Shown here: positions 28,693-39,788 of the stretch, one piece after another
Layout of the letters: each line of letters opens with the position of its first letter
Numbering within the stretch: the first letter of the stretch is position 1
NCBI GenBank assembly: GCA_021814445.1
Contig: JAKAIF010000001.1
Location: 6,070-62,440 of the forward strand
DNA length: 56,371 nucleotides
Origin: a bacterium
GTDB lineage: Bacteria > Patescibacteriota > Minisyncoccia > UBA6257 > JAGOQP01
Direction of reading: 5' to 3'
Position numbers and translations under genes: made by a program
Notes under the pieces: model-generated
Told to the model about the DNA's origin: nothing
What the model saw: only the letters and a program-made list of their open reading frames with translations
Databases searched by the model: none

Positions 28693-31600
28693 ATGCATAC
28701 GTTACGTGTTAAGTCGTTTTCTAAGCATTTTGGTGATTTTGCCAAGCGCCCCTATATGGCAGAGATCCAAAATAATTCGTGGAAGTGGTTTGTTGATCAT
28801 GGTATTAAAGAGTTGTTTGCCGAAGTGTCTCCTATTAAAGATTACACCGGCAAAGAGTATGAATTGTTTTTTGAAGGATATTCCTTTGATGAACCAAAGT
28901 TTTCTGAAGAAGAGTCGTGGCAAAGAGGGTCTACCTATGAAGCCGCATTGCGTGCGAAGGTTCGTTTAGTGCATCTCCCCTCAAAACGAGAGATGACACA
29001 AGATGTATATTTGGGTGATTATCCAGTCATGACTGACCGAGGTACGTTTGTGCTGAATGGAGTTGAGCGTGTGGTAGTTTCTCAGTTTATTCGTTCCGCA
29101 GGGGTAAACTTCACGGCGCGAGGTATTAAAGGAAAAAAGTATTTTGGTGCAAAAATCATTCCTGATCGTGGTAGTTGGATGGAGTTTGAAACTGACGCGA
29201 ATGGGTCTATTGAAGTAAAAATTGATAAACATCGTAAAGTGCCGTGCACCTCATTGTTGCGCGTATTTGGCATGGCGACCGATGAAGAAATTAAAAAAGT
29301 ATTTGCAGGGGTGGATACGGGTGTCGTGAAATATATTGAATCCACTCTCAAAAAAGATGTCGCGCACGACGTGGATGCGTCGTATATTGAAATGTATAAA
29401 CGGTTGCGCCCCGGAGATTTGGCGAGTGTAGATAACGCAAAAGGACTTATTGATGGCATGTTTCAACGTTCCGATCGTTTCAGTTTGTCTGAAGTGGGAC
29501 GATACAAATTCAATCAACGATTACAAATTTCAGAAAAGGAAAAAGTGACTACACAATTAGTTCGCTTAGAAGATCTCGTGCTTATTATTAAAGAGATTAT
29601 TCGTTTAAATAATGAACCGAAAGCGATGCCGGATGATATTGATAGTTTATCAAATCGTCGGGTGCGAAGCGTGGGAGAATTATTGCAGGGGCGTATGCGC
29701 GTAGGGTTTGCTCGTATGCGTCGTATTATTCAAGATCGTATGTCTACGACTGAATCAGCGATGTTGACTCCGATGCAACTTATTAACCCGAAGCCGCTCT
29801 CTTCTGTGGTGCGTGAATTTCTCGTATCATCTCAGCTTTCTCAGTTCATGGATCAAATCAATCCATTGGCTGAATTAGAGCATAAACGTCGTTTGTCGGC
29901 GTTGGGACCCGGAGGATTAACGCGCGAACGTGCAGGTTTTGAAGTGCGCGATGTACACACTTCTCACTATGGACGTGTCTGTCCTATTGAAACTCCTGAA
30001 GGACAAAACATTGGACTTATTGTTCACTTGTCTACCTTTGCGCGTGTGAATAGACTTGGATTTTTAGAAACACCGTATGTGCGCATTAAACATGGTGTGG
30101 TAACTGAGGAGGTGGTATATATGGACGCCGCCGAAGAAACAAAATATAAAATTGCTGAAGGAGGAACTGAAATAGATGCGCATCGTAAAATTAAACATGA
30201 AGATGTAGAGGCGCGTATTAATGGAGAGCCGGGTATGTGTACGCGTGATGAAGTTGATTTTATGGATGTCTCTCCCACACAGGTGGTAAGCTCCGCAACA
30301 AATATTATTCCGTTTTTGGAACATGATGACGCGAACCGCGCGCTCATGGGTTCAAACATGCAACGTCAAGCCGTGCCATCAGTGCGCCCTCAAATGCCGC
30401 TCGTGGGTACAGGGTTTGAAGATGTGGTAGCACATGATTCAGGACGTGTGGTGCTTGCTCCCGAAGACGGAGAAATTTCTAAAGTAGATGGTCAAACCAT
30501 TACCATGAAAGGAAAGAGCGGCACGATCCATTCTTATGAGATGAAAAAGTTTCGTCGCTCCAACCAATACACGACTATCAATCAAAAACCAATTTTACTT
30601 CCTGGAGAAAAAGTAAAGAAAGGGGAAGTGATTGCGGATGGACCATCCACTGATCATGGAACCTTAGCATTAGGGCAAAATTTGCTCGTCGCATTCTTGC
30701 CATTCTTTGGAGGAAACTTTGAAGACGCGATTGTGCTTTCAGAGCGTGTGGTGCAACACGATCGTTTTACGTCTATTTATATTGAAGATTTTGCGTGCGA
30801 TGTGCGTGATACAAAATTAGGACCAGAAGTAACTACCTCAGATATTCCAAACGTTTCAGAAGATAAATTACGCAACCTTGATGAAGAAGGAGTGGTGCGT
30901 ATTGGTGCAGAAGTGCGTGCGGGAGATATTCTTGTAGGTAAAATTTCACCAAAAGGAGAAACGGAACTTACCTCAGAAGAAAAATTACTTCGCTCTATCT
31001 TTGGAGAAAAAGCACGTGACGTGAAAGATACCTCACTCTATATGCCTCATGGAAAATCAGGACGCGTAGTGGGAATTAAAGTATTTTCACGTGAACGCGG
31101 AGATAAATTAGATCCTGGGGTTATTAAAAAGATTCAGGTTGAAGTTGCGCAATTACGTAAAGTACGCGCAGGAGATAAACTTGCCGGACGTCATGGAAAC
31201 AAAGGAGTTATCTCGCGTATTCGCGCAGTAGAAGATATGCCGTATTTAGCCGATGGAACTCCTGTTGATATTGTATTAAATCCGTTAGGAGTTGCATCTC
31301 GTATGAACTTAGGACAAGTGTTGGAAACGCACTTGGGTCTTGCCGCGCATAAGCTTGGATATCGTGTGGTGACTCCTGTGTTTACTGGAGCAACCGAAGA
31401 AGATATTAAAAAAGAATTGCAAACAGCCGGATATCCTGAAAATGGAAAAATGGTTGTGTATGATGGACAAACAGGGAAGCGATTTGATCAAGACGTGACG
31501 GTGGGATATATCTACATGTTGAAATTAAATCACTTAGTAGAGGATAAGATTCACATGCGTTCTATTGGACCATACTCATTGGTGACACAACAGCCATTGG

Positions 31601-31866
31601 GAGGAAAAGCGCAATTTGGAGGACAGCGTTTTGGAGAAATGGAAGTGTGGGCGCTTGAAGGATATGGCGCCGCGCATACGTTACAAGAAATGCTTACTAT
31701 AAAATCGGACGACGTGTTGGGACGCGCCGCCGCATTTGAATCAATCGTCAAGGGCGAACCCATTCGGGCATCAAACAATCCGTCCGCGTTTAATGTACTC
31801 ACGAACGAAATCAACGCGCTTGGATTTAAGATTGAACCGGTTAAAAAAGATGATATTAACGAATAA
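28693..31866 (+). CDS. rpoB: RNA polymerase beta subunit
   Basis: [47 protein letters not shown]. Confidence 0.99.
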   Translation: MHTLRVKSFSKHFGDFAKRPYMAEIQNNSWKWFVDHGIKELFAEVSPIKDYTGKEYELFFEGYSFDEPKFSEEESWQRGSTYEAALRAKVRLVHLPSKREMTQDVYLGDYPVMTDRGTFVLNGVERVVVSQFIRSAGVNFTARGIKGKKYFGAKIIPDRGSWMEFETDANGSIEVKIDKHRKVPCTSLLRVFGMATDEEIKKVFAGVDTGVVKYIESTLKKDVAHDVDASYIEMYKRLRPGDLASVDNAKGLIDGMFQRSDRFSLSEVGRYKFNQRLQISEKEKVTTQLVRLEDLVLIIKEIIRLNNEPKAMPDDIDSLSNRRVRSVGELLQGRMRVGFARMRRIIQDRMSTTESAMLTPMQLINPKPLSSVVREFLVSSQLSQFMDQINPLAELEHKRRLSALGPGGLTRERAGFEVRDVHTSHYGRVCPIETPEGQNIGLIVHLSTFARVNRLGFLETPYVRIKHGVVTEEVVYMDAAEETKYKIAEGGTEIDAHRKIKHEDVEARINGEPGMCTRDEVDFMDVSPTQVVSSATNIIPFLEHDDANRALMGSNMQRQAVPSVRPQMPLVGTGFEDVVAHDSGRVVLAPEDGEISKVDGQTITMKGKSGTIHSYEMKKFRRSNQYTTINQKPILLPGEKVKKGEVIADGPSTDHGTLALGQNLLVAFLPFFGGNFEDAIVLSERVVQHDRFTSIYIEDFACDVRDTKLGPEVTTSDIPNVSEDKLRNLDEEGVVRIGAEVRAGDILVGKISPKGETELTSEEKLLRSIFGEKARDVKDTSLYMPHGKSGRVVGIKVFSRERGDKLDPGVIKKIQVEVAQLRKVRAGDKLAGRHGNKGVISRIRAVEDMPYLADGTPVDIVLNPLGVASRMNLGQVLETHLGLAAHKLGYRVVTPVFTGATEEDIKKELQTAGYPENGKMVVYDGQTGKRFDQDVTVGYIYMLKLNHLVEDKIHMRSIGPYSLVTQQPLGGKAQFGGQRFGEMEVWALEGYGAAHTLQEMLTIKSDDVLGRAAAFESIVKGEPIRASNNPSAFNVLTNEINALGFKIEPVKKDDINE

Positions 31867-31877
31867 TTTCTCCACCT

Positions 31878-34800
31878 ATGTCTACATTTTTTGATTTTGA
31901 TTATATTCGGTTAAAAATTCCTTCTCCTGAAGAAGTAGTTGCTTCATCGTTTGGAGAGGTGACAAAACCAGAAACGATAAACTATCGTACCCAACGCCCA
32001 GAAAAAGATGGATTGTTTTCTGAACGTATCTTCGGTCCCACAAAAGATTACAAATGTTATTGCGGTAAGTTTAAAGGATTGCGATACAAAGGAACAACGT
32101 GTGATAAATGCGGTGTGGAAGTTACTCGCGCGATTGTGCGTCGTGAACGCATGGGACACATTAAACTTGCGGCTCCTGTGGCTCACATTTGGTTCTTAAA
32201 AACAGGCAACTCAAAAATTGGTATTTTCTTTGATGCGCCGATTAGCAAATTAGAAAAGGTGGTATATTATGCGGCCTATATTGTGACTTCGGTACATGAA
32301 GATCGTCGCTTAGAAGCAATTGAAAACCTCAAGACTGAATTTAAGAGTAGAAAGAAAGAGAACGAAGGAGAGGCTCTTGAACAGATGGAAAAATCGTATG
32401 CAACGATTCGCGATTTTCTCATGGGGCTTAAGGTGGGAACTGTTATTAATGAATTAGAATATTTTGATTTCTCTCGCAAGTTGGGAGATGTGTTTGAAGC
32501 GGGTACGGGAGCTGAGGCTATTCGCAAAATTTTGGAAAAGATAAATTTGAAGAAAGAAATTGCGGAAACCGAAAAAGCGGTAGAGCGATTGGGTAAGAAA
32601 TCAGATAATATTATTGAAAAGAAATTATTACATCGCTTGCGAGTGCTTACGTCATTCCATAAAAATGGTATTCGTCCTGAATGGATGGTGATGACCGTAC
32701 TTCCGGTGCTTCCTCCTGATTTGCGTCCTATGGTTGCGTTGGATGGAAACCGATTTGCAAGTTCTGACTTAAACGATTTATATCGTCGGGTTATCAACCG
32801 CAATAACCGATTAGAAAAATTGGTTGAATTGCGTGCGCCAGAAATTATTGTGACAAATGAAAAACGTATGTTGCAAGAAGCAGTAGATGCTTTAATTGAT
32901 AACACCACTCGATTTGGACGCCAACAAATGTCTTCACAAAATCGTCCCTTGAAATCTCTTGCTGATATTTTGAAAGGAAAGCAAGGACGATTCCGTCAAA
33001 ACTTATTAGGAAAGCGGGTAGATTATTCAGGACGTTCCGTTATTGTGGTGGGACAAGATTTGAAATTGAATGAATGTGGTCTTCCAAAAAAGATGGCGTT
33101 GGAATTATTTAAACCATTTATTATCAATCAACTTTTGGACCGGGGCATGGCGCATAACATTAAAAATGCGAGCCGTCTTATTGAACAGGGAATTCCAGAA
33201 GTGTGGGAAATTTTAGAAGAAGTTATTCAGAATAAAGCGGTGTTACTAAACCGCGCGCCGACCTTGCACCGATTGGGTATTCAAGCATTTAAGCCCGTAT
33301 TGATTGAAGATTTAGCTATTCGTATTCCGCCTATGGTCTGTAGCGCGTTTAACGCGGACTTTGACGGTGACCAAATGGCGGTGCATGTGCCTCTTTCGAA
33401 AGAGGCTCAAAACGAAGCATGGGACAGAATGCTTGCTTCAAAAAATATTATTCGTCCTTCAAATGGAGAACCAGTTGCGACTCCTTCATTGGATATCGTG
33501 TTGGGTTGTTATTATCTTACCAAGGTGGTGGGCGAAGCGGATAATGAACACATTCATCGTTTTTCTGATGAAGCAGAAGCGCTTATGGCTCTTGAATTTG
33601 GTGTGGTCCGTATCAACGAACCGGTGCTGATTCCTTCCTTATGTGCTGATCAAACTTCAGTAGGACGTCTTATTTTCAACTCTATTATTCCTGAGGCGCT
33701 CGGCTATGTGAATGATCTGATGAATAAGAAAAATTTGCAGAAACTGGTGGCGCGCTATGTGGATGTGCTTGGATTAGATACCGCATGGGAATTTTTGGAC
33801 GCTATTAAAGTGCTTGGATTTAGATATGCCGCATTATCAGGTACCACCTGGAGCACCTTTGATTTGCGTATTCCTGCCGAGAAAGAAGCTATTGTGGCAA
33901 AAGCGCGCAAACAAGTTCGCGCTATTGAGCAGCAATATGAAGAAGGATTCTTTGACGCAGATGAAAAGAAAGCACGTGCCATTCAAATTTGGAATGGCGC
34001 AAAAGAAGAGGTTGCGGCAACGGCTCCTCATGCGCTTATTGAGCAAGGAGAAAATCCTATTTTCAACATTATTGATTCAGGATCTCGTGGTTCATGGGCT
34101 CAAACAAACCAAATGATTGGTATGAAAGGACTTCTTACGAATCCGCAAGGAGATACGATTGAGCTTCCTGTTATTTCTTCATACAAAGAAGGACTTTCAG
34201 TGTTGGAATTCTTTATCAACACACACGGAGCGCGTAAAGGACTTACTGATACCGCGTTGAAAACTGCGGAAGCAGGATACATGACTCGTAAAATGGTGGA
34301 TGTGTGTCAGGATATTACGATTAATAAAGACGATTGTCATACGAGTGACGGAGTTACCATAGAGCGCGCAGTGGGTGCGGAGTATGGATTTGCGTTTAAT
34401 GTGCGTCTCTTTGGACGAACACTTGCTCGTGATGTGAAGGAAGGAAATAAAATTATTGCACGCGAAGGACAAATAGTTGATCGTGTGGTCGGAGAAGCAA
34501 TCTTGAAATCAGCCGTGAGTGAAGTAGTGGTGCGCTCGCCGATTACGTGTCGTTCTTTATACGGCGTATGCTCTAAATGCTATGGGCTTGATTTAGGAAG
34601 ACTTCGCCCCATTCATACCGGAGAAGCGATTGGTATTATTGCGGCGCAATCCATTGGAGAACCAGGAACACAGCTAACGCTTCGTACCTTCCACTCGGGA
34701 GGAGTTGCGGAAAAAGATATTACCTCGGGACTTCCTCGTATTCAAGAAATTTTTGAGGCTCGTGCGCCAAAAGGACGAGCGGCTCTTGCAAAGGAAGATG

Positions 34801-35501
34801 GGGTAATTGAAGAAATTGAAGATCGTCACGTTGCTCGTATTATTAAGTTGCGTAGCACGACTCGCGCAAAAGGGAAAAAAGCGCAAGAAAAAATTGCTGA
34901 ATATCAGGTGCCGTGGAATGCAACCATCTTTTTCTCAGTAGGAGATAAAGTAGAGAAGGGAACTCCCTTGCACGAAGGAAGTATTGATTTGAAAGAATTA
35001 TTTGTTTTGAAAGGAAAAGAAGCAGTTGAGAAATACGTGATCAATGAAGTACAGAAAATTTATGTGTCAAATGGAAGTATTATTAGCGACAAGCATATTG
35101 AAGTCATTGTAAAACAAATGTTCTCTCGTGTGCTTATTAAAGAAACAGGAGATAGTAATTTTGTCCGGGGACAAATTATTGAGAAGGCTCGTTTCCTTGA
35201 GGTAAATCGCACGCTTCACACCAAAGGAAAGATTCCTGCAAAAGCGCGTCAATTATTGTTGGGTATTACCCGCGCCGCGCTTACAACCGAAAGCTTCCTC
35301 TCCGCCGCCTCATTCCAAGAAACTGCTCGTGTGTTAGTGAACGCTGCTTCTGAATGTAAGATTGATAAATTGCGGGGATTGAAGGAAAACGTTATTATTG
35401 GACGATTTATTCCTGCGGGAACGGGTTTGGAAACTGATGCGCAAAGAGATGTTCGTGTTGCAAAAGAGTCGTCAGTAAGTACTTCTTCAGAGGAAGAGTA
35501 A
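31878..35501 (+). CDS. rpoC: RNA polymerase beta' subunit
   Basis: KPETINYRT, Zn-finger cysteines, [18 protein letters not shown]. Confidence 0.99.
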   Translation: MSTFFDFDYIRLKIPSPEEVVASSFGEVTKPETINYRTQRPEKDGLFSERIFGPTKDYKCYCGKFKGLRYKGTTCDKCGVEVTRAIVRRERMGHIKLAAPVAHIWFLKTGNSKIGIFFDAPISKLEKVVYYAAYIVTSVHEDRRLEAIENLKTEFKSRKKENEGEALEQMEKSYATIRDFLMGLKVGTVINELEYFDFSRKLGDVFEAGTGAEAIRKILEKINLKKEIAETEKAVERLGKKSDNIIEKKLLHRLRVLTSFHKNGIRPEWMVMTVLPVLPPDLRPMVALDGNRFASSDLNDLYRRVINRNNRLEKLVELRAPEIIVTNEKRMLQEAVDALIDNTTRFGRQQMSSQNRPLKSLADILKGKQGRFRQNLLGKRVDYSGRSVIVVGQDLKLNECGLPKKMALELFKPFIINQLLDRGMAHNIKNASRLIEQGIPEVWEILEEVIQNKAVLLNRAPTLHRLGIQAFKPVLIEDLAIRIPPMVCSAFNADFDGDQMAVHVPLSKEAQNEAWDRMLASKNIIRPSNGEPVATPSLDIVLGCYYLTKVVGEADNEHIHRFSDEAEALMALEFGVVRINEPVLIPSLCADQTSVGRLIFNSIIPEALGYVNDLMNKKNLQKLVARYVDVLGLDTAWEFLDAIKVLGFRYAALSGTTWSTFDLRIPAEKEAIVAKARKQVRAIEQQYEEGFFDADEKKARAIQIWNGAKEEVAATAPHALIEQGENPIFNIIDSGSRGSWAQTNQMIGMKGLLTNPQGDTIELPVISSYKEGLSVLEFFINTHGARKGLTDTALKTAEAGYMTRKMVDVCQDITINKDDCHTSDGVTIERAVGAEYGFAFNVRLFGRTLARDVKEGNKIIAREGQIVDRVVGEAILKSAVSEVVVRSPITCRSLYGVCSKCYGLDLGRLRPIHTGEAIGIIAAQSIGEPGTQLTLRTFHSGGVAEKDITSGLPRIQEIFEARAPKGRAALAKEDGVIEEIEDRHVARIIKLRSTTRAKGKKAQEKIAEYQVPWNATIFFSVGDKVEKGTPLHEGSIDLKELFVLKGKEAVEKYVINEVQKIYVSNGSIISDKHIEVIVKQMFSRVLIKETGDSNFVRGQIIEKARFLEVNRTLHTKGKIPAKARQLLLGITRAALTTESFLSAASFQETARVLVNAASECKIDKLRGLKENVIIGRFIPAGTGLETDAQRDVRVAKESSVSTSSEEE

Positions 35502-35562
35502 AAAATCAGGAATAAGAAGGACTTGAAATACTAACATTTTTATGATACTGTCTAAAACACCT

Positions 35563-35991
35563 ATGGATCAAAATGAAGACAAAAAAGAATACGAATTATC
35601 TTTTCTCTTAAGAAATGAAGAGGGAATTGCGGCATTACAGGGTATGCTCACCAAATTTGGATGTGTTCCTACCTCACAAAGCGAGATAAAACGCATTGTG
35701 CTTGCCTATCCTATTAAGAAAGAAACAAGCGCATTGTTTGGGTATGTCTATTTTATGGCAACTCCTGAGCATATGAAAGAATTTACTCATGAATTACGCT
35801 TGGAATCTCACGTACTTCGCTTCTTATTGATTAATAAACCAATCAAACGCGAGTTTGTTTCTGCGAGCGAGGGTTCTCCTCGTCGTGGCGCACCTGAAGT
35901 TTCTGAAAAGGAGGGGGTTTCCGAGGAAAAACCATCTCACGCGGTTACGAATGAAGATTTAGAAAAGAAGCTTGAGGAGATACTCAATTAA
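35563..35991 (+). CDS. rpsF: 30S ribosomal protein S6
   Basis: YELSFLL, LAYPIKK, VLRFLL; rpsF-ssb-rpsR order. Confidence 0.9.
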   Translation: MDQNEDKKEYELSFLLRNEEGIAALQGMLTKFGCVPTSQSEIKRIVLAYPIKKETSALFGYVYFMATPEHMKEFTHELRLESHVLRFLLINKPIKREFVSASEGSPRRGAPEVSEKEGVSEEKPSHAVTNEDLEKKLEEILN

Positions 35992-36005
35992 AAAAATTTA
36001 ATTTC

Positions 36006-36035
36006 CCCGCTTCGACTCATGCGAAGCGAGGCGAG
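36006..36035. repeat. REP-like hairpin, family C, copy 2 (reverse orientation)
   Basis: Reverse complement is ctcgcctcgcttcgcatgagtcgaagcggg. Confidence 0.7.
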
Positions 36036-36065
36036 TAATTTTTAAATAAATTTTGCAATATTATT

Positions 36066-36560
36066 ATGAATCTCAACAAAGTATTTATCATTGGCCGAGT
36101 CACTTCTGATGTATCATTAAAAGCGACCGCGACCAATCAGCCTGTTTCTAATTTTTCGGTTGCAACAAACCGTGTATGGAAAGATAAAGCTGGTGCTAAA
36201 CAAGAGAGTACCGAGTTTCATAATGTGGTGGTGTGGGGACGACAAGCAGAAATTGCAAGTCAATTCCTTACCAAAGGAGCTATGGTCATGATTGAGGGAC
36301 GATTACAGACACGCAGTTGGAAAGATACCAACGAGCAGAATCATAAAATCACTGAGATTGTGTGTGAAAATATCCAGCTAGGACCACGCGCAGGCGGAGC
36401 ACCAGGAGGCGGGGGATCGTCATACACTCCACGCGCCGCATCTCCGAAACCAAAAGGAACTGCTGTGGATGCGATTGATACCATGGGAGATTTAGAAGAA
36501 AATATCCCAGAAATCTCATTAGATGAAGCAGAAATAAAACCAGAAGATTTACCATTTTAA
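36066..36560 (+). CDS. ssb: Single-stranded DNA-binding protein
   Basis: NKVFIIGR, EGRLQTRSW, acidic C-terminal DLPF. Confidence 0.97.
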   Translation: MNLNKVFIIGRVTSDVSLKATATNQPVSNFSVATNRVWKDKAGAKQESTEFHNVVVWGRQAEIASQFLTKGAMVMIEGRLQTRSWKDTNEQNHKITEIVCENIQLGPRAGGAPGGGGSSYTPRAASPKPKGTAVDAIDTMGDLEENIPEISLDEAEIKPEDLPF

Positions 36561-36579
36561 TTAATATACATATACACAG

Positions 36580-36813
36580 ATGGCATTTAATACAAATTCA
36601 AAAAATAATTCAGCGAGACAGTGCTTTTTCTGCTCACAGAATTTAAAAGAAATTGATTATAAAGATACACTTTTATTAAAGCGGTTTATTTCTGGACAAG
36701 GAAAAATTGTTGATCCTCAGCATACTGCAACCTGTTCAAAACATCAGCGTCGTTTGGCGCAAGCAATTAAGCGCGCTCGCTATCTTTCACTTTTGTCATT
36801 TGTGAAAAAATAA
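36580..36813 (+). CDS. rpsR: 30S ribosomal protein S18 (Zn-ligand type)
   Basis: CFFC, IDYKD, C..HQR.LA.AIKRAR. Confidence 0.96.
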   Translation: MAFNTNSKNNSARQCFFCSQNLKEIDYKDTLLLKRFISGQGKIVDPQHTATCSKHQRRLAQAIKRARYLSLLSFVKK

Positions 36814-36817
36814 AGAA

Positions 36818-36857
36818 TAGTAACTAGCTCGCCTCGCTGAAGTTGTGGCGAAGCGGG
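36818..36857. repeat. REP-like hairpin, family C, copy 3
   Basis: tagtaactagctcgcctcgctgaagttgtggcgaagcggg. Confidence 0.75.
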
Positions 36858-36865
36858 CAATTAGT

Positions 36866-36894
36866 AAAAAAATATCCCGTAGGGGATATTTTTT
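36866..36894. terminator. Bidirectional terminator
   Basis: aaaaaaatatccc-gtag-gggatatttttt between convergent genes. Confidence 0.7.
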
Positions 36895-36906
36895 GTGTAT
36901 GGAAAT

Positions 36907-37473
36907 TTAAAGTTTTTCTATAATTTCTAATGCGAGAGGGAGTTCGCGGACATTTTCGTCTGCCCATATGTGTCCATAATTTTCTACGATGTGTGTTTCT
37001 GCTCCTAAGCTTTTTTCAAATATTGTTTTGTTTTCTGCGAGAGGCACGTAGGGGTCATTATCTGAAAGAATGGCGTATATATTTTGTGCGTGAGTTTTTA
37101 TTTTTGCAAAATCAATGGGTGTGGTCAGCCACGGTTCTGCAATTTCTTTTTCTTCTTCTGTCTCTAGTTCGTTGAGTGTGAACCATCCTGCAACACAGAG
37201 TATTGCTCTCAACATTGTTTTCTCCGGAGGTGTTTCTAGATATCGCAGTATGGTCTGGCACCCGATACTATGACCAATCAGAATCGTTTCTGGTGTTAGC
37301 TGTATGTTCTTAGTGAGGAAGGGGATCCACTCTCGTATGGTGGGGTAATCTGGGTTGGGCATCTGGAGAATATGTACTTCGTATCCTCGTTTTTCTAACT
37401 TTTGTTTGAGTCATGGAAACCATGCTTGCTCGGGTGATTCACTCCATCCGTGGATAAAATATGCGCGTTTCAT
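36907..37473 (-). pseudogene. YdeN/RBBP9-family alpha/beta hydrolase with in-frame TGA at codon 21
   Basis: MKRAYFIHGWSESPEQAWFP*LKQKLEKRGYEV...GHSIG...SDNDPYVP...GH; TGA at 37413-37411 where the family usually has W. Confidence 0.8.
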
Positions 37474-37488
37474 GGGTATAATTATAGT

Positions 37489-38190
37489 TTATTTTATAAA
37501 TGTGTATTTTTTCCTTTTTTCTTTTTTTACGTGTTGTATTAATTCTTCTGCAAGCTTTCTCTTCCTTAATAATGTTGGAAGATTCTTTTTATAATAAATC
37601 CACCTAAGAAGTTGGATTGATTCGTGTTTACCGAATTTAATCCCCCAAATAGGAACGCAGTTTTTATTTTTTGGTTTTGCGCAAACAACAGCTCCACTTA
37701 TTGGTGATAATTCTTTTATTTTCTTGTGTAGCCAGAGGATGTGTTCTTTGCTCGCAGATATAAATCTAACAAATACACGATAATTTGTGTATACTCTTCC
37801 TTTATATGTCTCGCGTTTATCAATGTAAGTCTGGATATTTCCATCGCCATCCAAGTGTCCACGCAAAAAATCTTTAAAGAATCTGTTTGGAATTTCTATC
37901 GCTCCGATGGTGTATGTTTTTGCTGGGAACAACCCTATTTTTAAAAGCCAATTGTAGAACTGAACATTTCCAAACTGAACTCGGTACCCCCTGTCATTTT
38001 CAGTTGAACCTATTTTATTAGTAAGATTTAAACAGTATTTAAATGTTTCTAGGAGTTGAGGATCGGATGACCTCATATTAATATGTCTTCCGTCTTTTGA
38101 TAAGTTTCCATCGGTCACTAAAAGACCGACGATGTATGCGAGTTGTGGCGACCATACAAAATTCCTTGTGGGTAATTTTGTTCTTGCCAT
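37489..38190 (-). CDS. Free-standing double-motif LAGLIDADG endonuclease-like protein
   Basis: LAYIVGLLVTDG and FLRGHLDGDG motifs; ATG at 38190 lies just downstream of tRNA-Leu. Confidence 0.85.
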   Translation of the reverse strand: MARTKLPTRNFVWSPQLAYIVGLLVTDGNLSKDGRHINMRSSDPQLLETFKYCLNLTNKIGSTENDRGYRVQFGNVQFYNWLLKIGLFPAKTYTIGAIEIPNRFFKDFLRGHLDGDGNIQTYIDKRETYKGRVYTNYRVFVRFISASKEHILWLHKKIKELSPISGAVVCAKPKNKNCVPIWGIKFGKHESIQLLRWIYYKKNLPTLLRKRKLAEELIQHVKKEKRKKYTFIK

Positions 38191-38202
38191 AATATTATTC
38201 TG

Positions 38203-38286
38203 TGCCCGAGGCCGGACTCGAACCGGCAAGGTCTTGCGACCATAACATTTTGAGTGTTACGTGGTTACCAATTTCACCACCCGGGC
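38203..38286 (-). tRNA. tRNA-Leu(CAA)
   Basis: GCCCGGG acceptor stem, anticodon arm TAACA-CTCAAAA-TGTTA, long variable arm GGTCGCAAGACC, GGTTCGAGTCC. Confidence 0.95.
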
Positions 38287-38429
38287 AAATATCTAATAAC
38301 GAATTGATACTAACAAGTTTTTACGCTAAAATCAATTGACGAGTGGAGAGTCATTAGTTGCTAGTCGTTAGATATTTTTCGCTATCACATACTCATTACT
38401 CATGACTACATACTAAACACTAATTTTTT

Positions 38430-39206
38430 ATGGCTCGTGTTATTGCCGTTACTAATCAAAAAGGAGGAGTAGGAAAAACGACCACCTCGGTTAATTTGGC
38501 TGCTTATTTAGCGTCTATGGGGCGACGGGTTTTACTCATTGATTTTGATCCACAAGCAAATGCATCATCGGGCTTAGGAGTCCCGACTCATTTAATTACT
38601 GAAAGCATATATCACGTGTTGATGGGACAGATGCCCCATGATCAAGTGGTGCGTCGCACAACCCTTCCCAATCTGCATATTATTCCCGCGAATCAAGATT
38701 TATCTGGGGCGGCAGTTGAGTTGATGCAAGTTCCCGATCGTGAATCAATGTTAAAGAATGTGGTGAATCGCTTACGTCATCACTATCACTATATCATTAT
38801 TGATTTGCCGCCGAGTTTAAGCTTGCTTACTATTAATGGACTTGTAGCGGCAGATGAAGTGCTCATTCCTATTCAGGCAGAATATTACAGCTTAGAAGGA
38901 CTCGGACAATTATTAGGCACGATTGATTTGATAAATAAAAATTTAAATGCTCGCGTGAAGGTGTGTGGTGCTTTGTTAACCATGTACAATAAGCGAGAGA
39001 CGCTCAGTAGGGAAGTTGCAAAGGAAGTGCGGCGGCATTTTCCGTATCATGTGTTTGAATCAGAAATCCCGCGCGCCATCGCGCTTGCTGAGGCACCGAG
39101 TTTTGCAAAACCGGTAGTCTTATTTGATCCGCATTCTTCGGGTGCTCGCGCGTATGAATTATTGGCACGTGAGGTGATTGCGCAGGAACCGCAAGCCACA
39201 ATGTAA
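38430..39206 (+). CDS. parA: Chromosome partitioning ATPase ParA/Soj
   Basis: NQKGGVGKTT, DFDPQAN, DLPPSL, QAEYYSLEG, LAEAPSF. Confidence 0.95.
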   Translation: MARVIAVTNQKGGVGKTTTSVNLAAYLASMGRRVLLIDFDPQANASSGLGVPTHLITESIYHVLMGQMPHDQVVRRTTLPNLHIIPANQDLSGAAVELMQVPDRESMLKNVVNRLRHHYHYIIIDLPPSLSLLTINGLVAADEVLIPIQAEYYSLEGLGQLLGTIDLINKNLNARVKVCGALLTMYNKRETLSREVAKEVRRHFPYHVFESEIPRAIALAEAPSFAKPVVLFDPHSSGARAYELLAREVIAQEPQATM

Positions 39207-39284
39207 TTGTGGCTAATATCAAACTACATATATCAAACTATAAACAAAGCAGATAGATAGACTTCGGAAATATTCATAAGATGC

Positions 39285-39320
39285 CCATTCGCCAATTCGC
39301 GCGAATTGGCGAATGGTTGG
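39285..39320. repeat. Family B palindrome copy 2 (32-bp perfect core plus ttgg)
   Basis: ccattcgccaattcgc|gcgaattggcgaatgg-ttgg. Confidence 0.95.
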
Positions 39321-39357
39321 GGACAATATATAATTTTATTTTTTTATCTATAAAAAT

Positions 39358-39645
39358 ATGATTATACATACAAAACGCTGGGTTCAAATATTTAAGTTAT
39401 TTGCAAATGTAAATCGTGTAAAGATTATTATATTATTGCAACAAAAAGGGTCTCCGTTGAATGTGACTGATATTTCTGATGATCTTAATATTTCTCTCAA
39501 ATCCACCTCTAAACATTTGATTATGTTGGATCGGCTTGATGTCATAAATGGAGAGGGGAAGTCTGGGCATGTATTTTATATGTTAAATCCAAATATGCCC
39601 GCCGATATTAAGCAAGCGATATCCTTATTTATAAAGCCAAAGTAA
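39358..39645 (+). CDS. ArsR/SmtB-like winged-helix regulator
   Basis: FKLFANVNRVKII..L...LNVTDI...L.IS...TSKHL..L. Confidence 0.8.
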   Translation: MIIHTKRWVQIFKLFANVNRVKIIILLQQKGSPLNVTDISDDLNISLKSTSKHLIMLDRLDVINGEGKSGHVFYMLNPNMPADIKQAISLFIKPK

Positions 39646-39652
39646 TATTTAT

Positions 39653-39687
39653 CATTCGCCAATTCGCGCGAATTGGCGAATGGTTGG
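39653..39687. repeat. Family B palindrome copy 3
   Basis: 35 nt identical to 39286-39320. Confidence 0.95.
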
Positions 39688-39788
39688 TTTGCGGATACTT
39701 ATGGATATTAGTGGATATTATATGTATATGATCTGTGTGTTGATATTATAATTTGGATATTGGAGCGTGGTGCTTTATACTATACCCT

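Noticed and set aside
32276..32908. 210-aa antisense ORF in rpoC, and the many other overlapping or antisense ORFs of 60-160 aa
   Set aside because: Shadows of well-supported genes, with no motifs or RBS.
37411..37413. UGA recoding (genetic code 25 or 4) suggested by the in-frame TGA
   Set aside because: murC, parB and others end at TGA at their expected C-termini, Trp is coded by TGG elsewhere, and I saw no other internal TGA in conserved genes.
37489..38229. Intein or tRNA intron encoding the LAGLIDADG ORF; upstream start at 38229
   Set aside because: No splicing residues or host exteins; the tRNA is uninterrupted; the longer start overlaps the tRNA.
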